In this document: one piece after another, positions 7,936-10,898 of the stretch | Position numbering within the stretch: position 1 is the stretch's first letter | How the letters are laid out: the number at the start of each line of letters is the position of its first letter | NCBI GenBank assembly: GCA_029856525.1 | Contig: JAHQXC010000043.1 | Location: forward strand, 1-10,898 | Origin: Candidatus Odinarchaeia archaeon | GTDB taxonomy: Archaea; Asgardarchaeota; Odinarchaeia; Odinarchaeales; Odinarchaeaceae | Length of the DNA: 10,898 bases | Direction: 5' to 3' | The notes under the pieces: generated by a model | Told to the model about the DNA's origin: nothing | Database searches by the model: none | The model's input: the letters and a program-made list of their open reading frames with translations, nothing else | Program-made: the position numbers and the translations under genes

Positions 7936-8055
7936 ACTAGTCCCTCTTGATAACTGAGTAAATACTGTTTGCCATCCTTCAAGTAATCGATAAACATATA
8001 TATTAAGGATTTTCTACTAAAAGTTAATTTTCCACTTAATGATAGGTTGAAAAAT

Positions 8056-9483
8056 ATGAAGTTTAAGTTTACAACACTATTCTTAACGCTTACACTAATC
8101 TTTATAATCTCTACACCGTTCTCCTTAGCCGCATCCTCAGATATCTCTTGGAGTCCTAATATCAGGTTAACTAATCATGGAGGCCAGGATACTCTCAGCG
8201 TTTTAGGCGGGGCTTTAGCTTTAGACTCTGAGAATAGAATTCATGTAGTAGCTTATTATAGCGGTCAAATCTATCATATCTACGATAATCATGGTTACAT
8301 TAATGAAACCGTTGTAGCTCAAGTCGCAGGGCTAGAAAAAGGATTCGACGCAGCTCCATCCATCGCTATAGATAAAGATGATGTGATTCACATCGCTTAT
8401 TACGCTTCCGACGGCCATGACTACGAGATATATTACACTCACAGTACTTCAACCGGCGGTTTCACAACCCCTGTTAAAGTGACAGATAATAATGTTAACG
8501 ACGGATATCCTAAGATAGCAGTCGATGGAACTGGTAAAGTTCACATATTATACCAGACCTCTGAACTGGTTACTAAGAGCGGGCCGACTAAGATAACTTT
8601 AAGATACGTTCAATCTAAACCAGGAGGCGGGTTCACGGCTCCAGTTAATATCACGTATCCAGTATACCCTGAGATGTCAGTTAACCAGGATATTAAAATC
8701 GATAAAAACAATAATGTTCACATAGCTTTCATGGCTGTAGACGGCTATAACCCTCTTACCAATCATACAGTGATAGTTTACACTAATAATACAAGCGGCT
8801 CCTTCTCCATATACGAGGTAATAGACCAGACATACCAGGATTTCTCACCCTCGATCGCGGTCGACGATAATCTAACAGTGCATCTGGTGTTTAAGGGCAA
8901 CGGCTCAGTTTACTCAGGCGGCGTAAGATACCAGGACTTATATTATGTGAATAATACAGGGGGGTCGTTTAACACATCCACACCTGTGAAAATATCAACG
9001 GTTTCATTCGCGCACTCTCCTAGAATCGCTATTTCACCGAATAAAACGCTTAATATCGTATTCTACGGTTGGAACTGTACATGGTCTGAAAACCACACTA
9101 AAGTAATGTATATTAAAGGCGTGAACGGGACTTTTTCAACAGAATCCCTTATCCCAAGCCAGGACCTAGATCAGTATCTGCCTTCACTAGCAATAGATTC
9201 AGATAATGAAATTCACATAGTTTACATGTACGGTGATTTAAGCGCCGGCGCAGCTGGAAACGTGAATCTCTTCTATGTTACAACCGCCTCCTATTATCCG
9301 ATCGGTGTCCCGGAGCCTGAAAGCCCTACACTCATCTTTCTAGCTATTGGAATAGGAGGGATAGCCGCTGGTGTCATCATAGTTATAGTATTATTTAAAA
9401 GATTCAAACGCCTTGAAAAAGAGGTTTGGAAGCCCCGGCTTGAAGACGATGACACTAGCGTTGAAGAAGCATCATCTACTTAA
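8056..9483 (+). CDS. secreted, C-terminally membrane-anchored beta-propeller-repeat surface protein
   Basis: Likely ATG 8056 (the track starts at TTG 8047). Signal peptide; seven ~55-aa repeats with core (I/L)A(I/V)Dxxxx(I/V)H(I/V)x(Y/F); many N-x-S/T sequons; VPEPES linker, TM helix and KRFKR. Confidence 0.8.
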   Translation: MKFKFTTLFLTLTLIFIISTPFSLAASSDISWSPNIRLTNHGGQDTLSVLGGALALDSENRIHVVAYYSGQIYHIYDNHGYINETVVAQVAGLEKGFDAAPSIAIDKDDVIHIAYYASDGHDYEIYYTHSTSTGGFTTPVKVTDNNVNDGYPKIAVDGTGKVHILYQTSELVTKSGPTKITLRYVQSKPGGGFTAPVNITYPVYPEMSVNQDIKIDKNNNVHIAFMAVDGYNPLTNHTVIVYTNNTSGSFSIYEVIDQTYQDFSPSIAVDDNLTVHLVFKGNGSVYSGGVRYQDLYYVNNTGGSFNTSTPVKISTVSFAHSPRIAISPNKTLNIVFYGWNCTWSENHTKVMYIKGVNGTFSTESLIPSQDLDQYLPSLAIDSDNEIHIVYMYGDLSAGAAGNVNLFYVTTASYYPIGVPEPESPTLIFLAIGIGGIAAGVIIVIVLFKRFKRLEKEVWKPRLEDDDTSVEEASST

Positions 9484-10321
9484 ATGAGAGAACCGCGTCA
9501 GCTTCCTCTAGTATTCTAGTTGCACTGCTTTTTTTAATTTTAAATCTTCTAGAAAACTCTTCTATATTAAACTGTTTTAAATCTTTAACTAAAATAATAT
9601 TGTTAGCTACCAGTCTAGTTAACAACTCTCTGTTAATAGTTGATAGCACGGTAACCGGGTAAGCGTTAAATCTGTGAATTATATCTCTCAGACTCTCATT
9701 AGCAGGATAATTCCAAGTGATTAATTTAACACCCCGACAGTTTGAATATTGAACCGCTTCATCCGATGCTTTACTGTTACATACAAGCCAGACCTCGTCG
9801 AAACGGTCACATAAGCCTATAAGACTCCCCTCGCTGATATCTAGAAATCGCGCATAAGTGTACATTGCTTCTTTAAGACCGACGTAACCTTCACTCTCAT
9901 TTCGAAATTTGCATTCTATTATTATCCGCTTAACATGGTCTCCTACTTTAAGCTCTCCTATAACATCAATTTCATGAACAACGCATCTTCCTTTAATAAG
10001 CTGCCTGGTCTTCGTTGTATAACCTTGAAAATTTATAACTGAACTTATAAAATTCTCGAAGGGGAAGCCTGTAGGCCCGAGACTTAATAAAGCGTTTTTT
10101 AAATCATACCTGGCTTTTAAACCTATATGCATTTTTCTAAGCTTTGACTTGATAATTCTCAGAATCTCAGCTGTGGAAATACCGTCATATACATTTTTAG
10201 AAACTTCATCCGTGATTTTCTGAGCTATCTCAGCGGATCCCCCGGCTCTTATAATAGTATTATATATTTTCTGAGGGTTGAAATCCTCCACTCTACCATA
10301 TTTTTTAACAACCTTCACCAA
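9476..10321 (-). CDS. ATP-cone domain protein fused to Mrr-like/PD-(D/E)XK restriction endonuclease domain
   Basis: N-terminal VVKKYGRVEDFNPQKI... ATP cone, then GFPFENFI, HEIDVIG and IIECKF catalytic motifs. Overlaps the convergent gene by 8 bp. Confidence 0.85.
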   Translation of the reverse strand: MVKVVKKYGRVEDFNPQKIYNTIIRAGGSAEIAQKITDEVSKNVYDGISTAEILRIIKSKLRKMHIGLKARYDLKNALLSLGPTGFPFENFISSVINFQGYTTKTRQLIKGRCVVHEIDVIGELKVGDHVKRIIIECKFRNESEGYVGLKEAMYTYARFLDISEGSLIGLCDRFDEVWLVCNSKASDEAVQYSNCRGVKLITWNYPANESLRDIIHRFNAYPVTVLSTINRELLTRLVANNIILVKDLKQFNIEEFSRRFKIKKSSATRILEEADAVLSFK

Positions 10322-10385
10322 GCAGGTTCGCCTAAGTAAAGCTGTTTTTATATTTCTCCGCTTTTAAACAATTAAATTATTCTAA

Positions 10386-10534
10386 TGGTCCCGCCGACCG
10401 GATTTGAACCGGCGACCCTTCTCGCAGGTTTTCTGAAACCTGTCTCGGTTTCTGCTGTATGAGCCTCGGTTGAAATAATTTAACCGTTCGGTTAAATTCT
10501 ACAGCCGAGTGCTCTGCCACTAAGCTACGGCGGG
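10386..10534 (-). tRNA. tRNA-Tyr(GUA) with two introns (37/38: 10450-10498, 49 nt; 43/44: 10419-10443, 25 nt), CCA encoded
   Basis: Minus strand: acceptor CCCGCCG/CGGCGGG+ACCA (C1-G72, A73, the archaeal Tyr identity), anticodon stem CTCGG/CCGAG, anticodon GTA 10502-10500, T arm GCCGG-TTCAAAT-CCGGT. The spliced product is 75 nt with variable loop GGGTC. Confidence 0.92.
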
Positions 10535-10561
10535 ACTTAAACTATTATTTCAGCTAAAGCT

Positions 10562-10569
10562 AATTAAAA
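10562..10569 (-). promoter_or_regulatory. TATA box of tRNA-Tyr
   Basis: Minus-strand TTTTAATT about 28-35 nt upstream of C1, preceded by purine-rich AGAAAGTAA. Confidence 0.55.
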
Positions 10570-10582
10570 TATTACTTTCTAT

Positions 10583-10859
10583 GTGAGCTACTCTTCGACT
10601 AAAGTCGGGAGCTTCCAGCGTTCGTCTGAGGCTTTACGCCTTCAGTCACATCTGCTGGTTCGCGGGGCTCACAGCTCCGCCATCCTGTGCCTCTCATTAA
10701 GGCATGGGCTATGTTTATGCATGCGTTCAGATCTCGGTTATAGATTAGCTTACATCAAGGGAATATCCCTAAAACTTTTTTAAACACCGCGCGGATATTT
10801 AAGTTTTTGCCCATTCACCCCCTAACTGAAGTTAAGGGATTCTCTGGGCACCCTTTTTT
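10583..10859 (-). mobile_element. miniature non-autonomous IS200/IS605 (IS1341-like) derivative
   Basis: Minus strand: left-end hairpin TGCCCA..CCCTTAAC-TTCA-GTTAGGGG..TGGGCA (10850-10808), tnpB 3' remnant, right-end hairpin CGAC-TTTA-GTCG followed by GAGTAGCTCAC ending in TCAC at 10583. The left boundary (after TTTAT at 10864-10860) is an estimate. Confidence 0.8.
10599..10754 (-). pseudogene. tnpB: TnpB C-terminal remnant (51 codons)
   Basis: Translates CKLIYNRDLNACINIAHALMRGTGWRSCEPREPADVTEGVKPQTNAGSSRL*, which has the last Zn-finger Cys and the RuvC-III RDxNAxxNI motif. An in-frame TGA lies immediately upstream and there is no N-terminal portion. Confidence 0.85.
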
Positions 10860-10898
10860 ATAAAATTTTAGCTGTTATTTACAGTAGCGCTTAACATA

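Noticed and set aside
10583-10783. 66-aa + strand ORF
   Set aside because: Antisense to the tnpB remnant and right end.
1-10898. CRISPR array, integrase or att site at the tRNA 3' ends
   Set aside because: I saw no regularly spaced direct repeats, no integrase, and no duplicated tRNA 3' end.

Overview
AT-rich archaeal chromosomal window (TACK/Asgard-like gene content; the lineage is inferred, not determined). Protein genes: DUF1512 protein plus a membrane Zn-ribbon partner, archaeal phosphopantetheine adenylyltransferase, a MacB/FtsX-type ABC exporter pair, an MFS transporter, a membrane-anchored 7-repeat beta-propeller surface protein, and an ATP-cone/Mrr-like nuclease. The RNA content is the unusual part. 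At 2512-2662 there is a circularly permuted 5S rRNA gene: the 3' half precedes the 5' half, the normal ends are joined by a UUCG loop, and the unit is flanked by a bulge-helix-bulge (BHB) motif. Standard archaeal splicing of that motif would give a 122-nt circle with the canonical CACGGA|AGUUAAG junction restored. tRNA-Trp(CCA) and tRNA-Tyr(GUA) each carry two introns (37/38 and a non-canonical 43/44). A ~277-bp miniature IS200/IS605 element retains only its ends and the tnpB 3' end (the omega-RNA region) and sits directly upstream of the tRNA-Tyr promoter.
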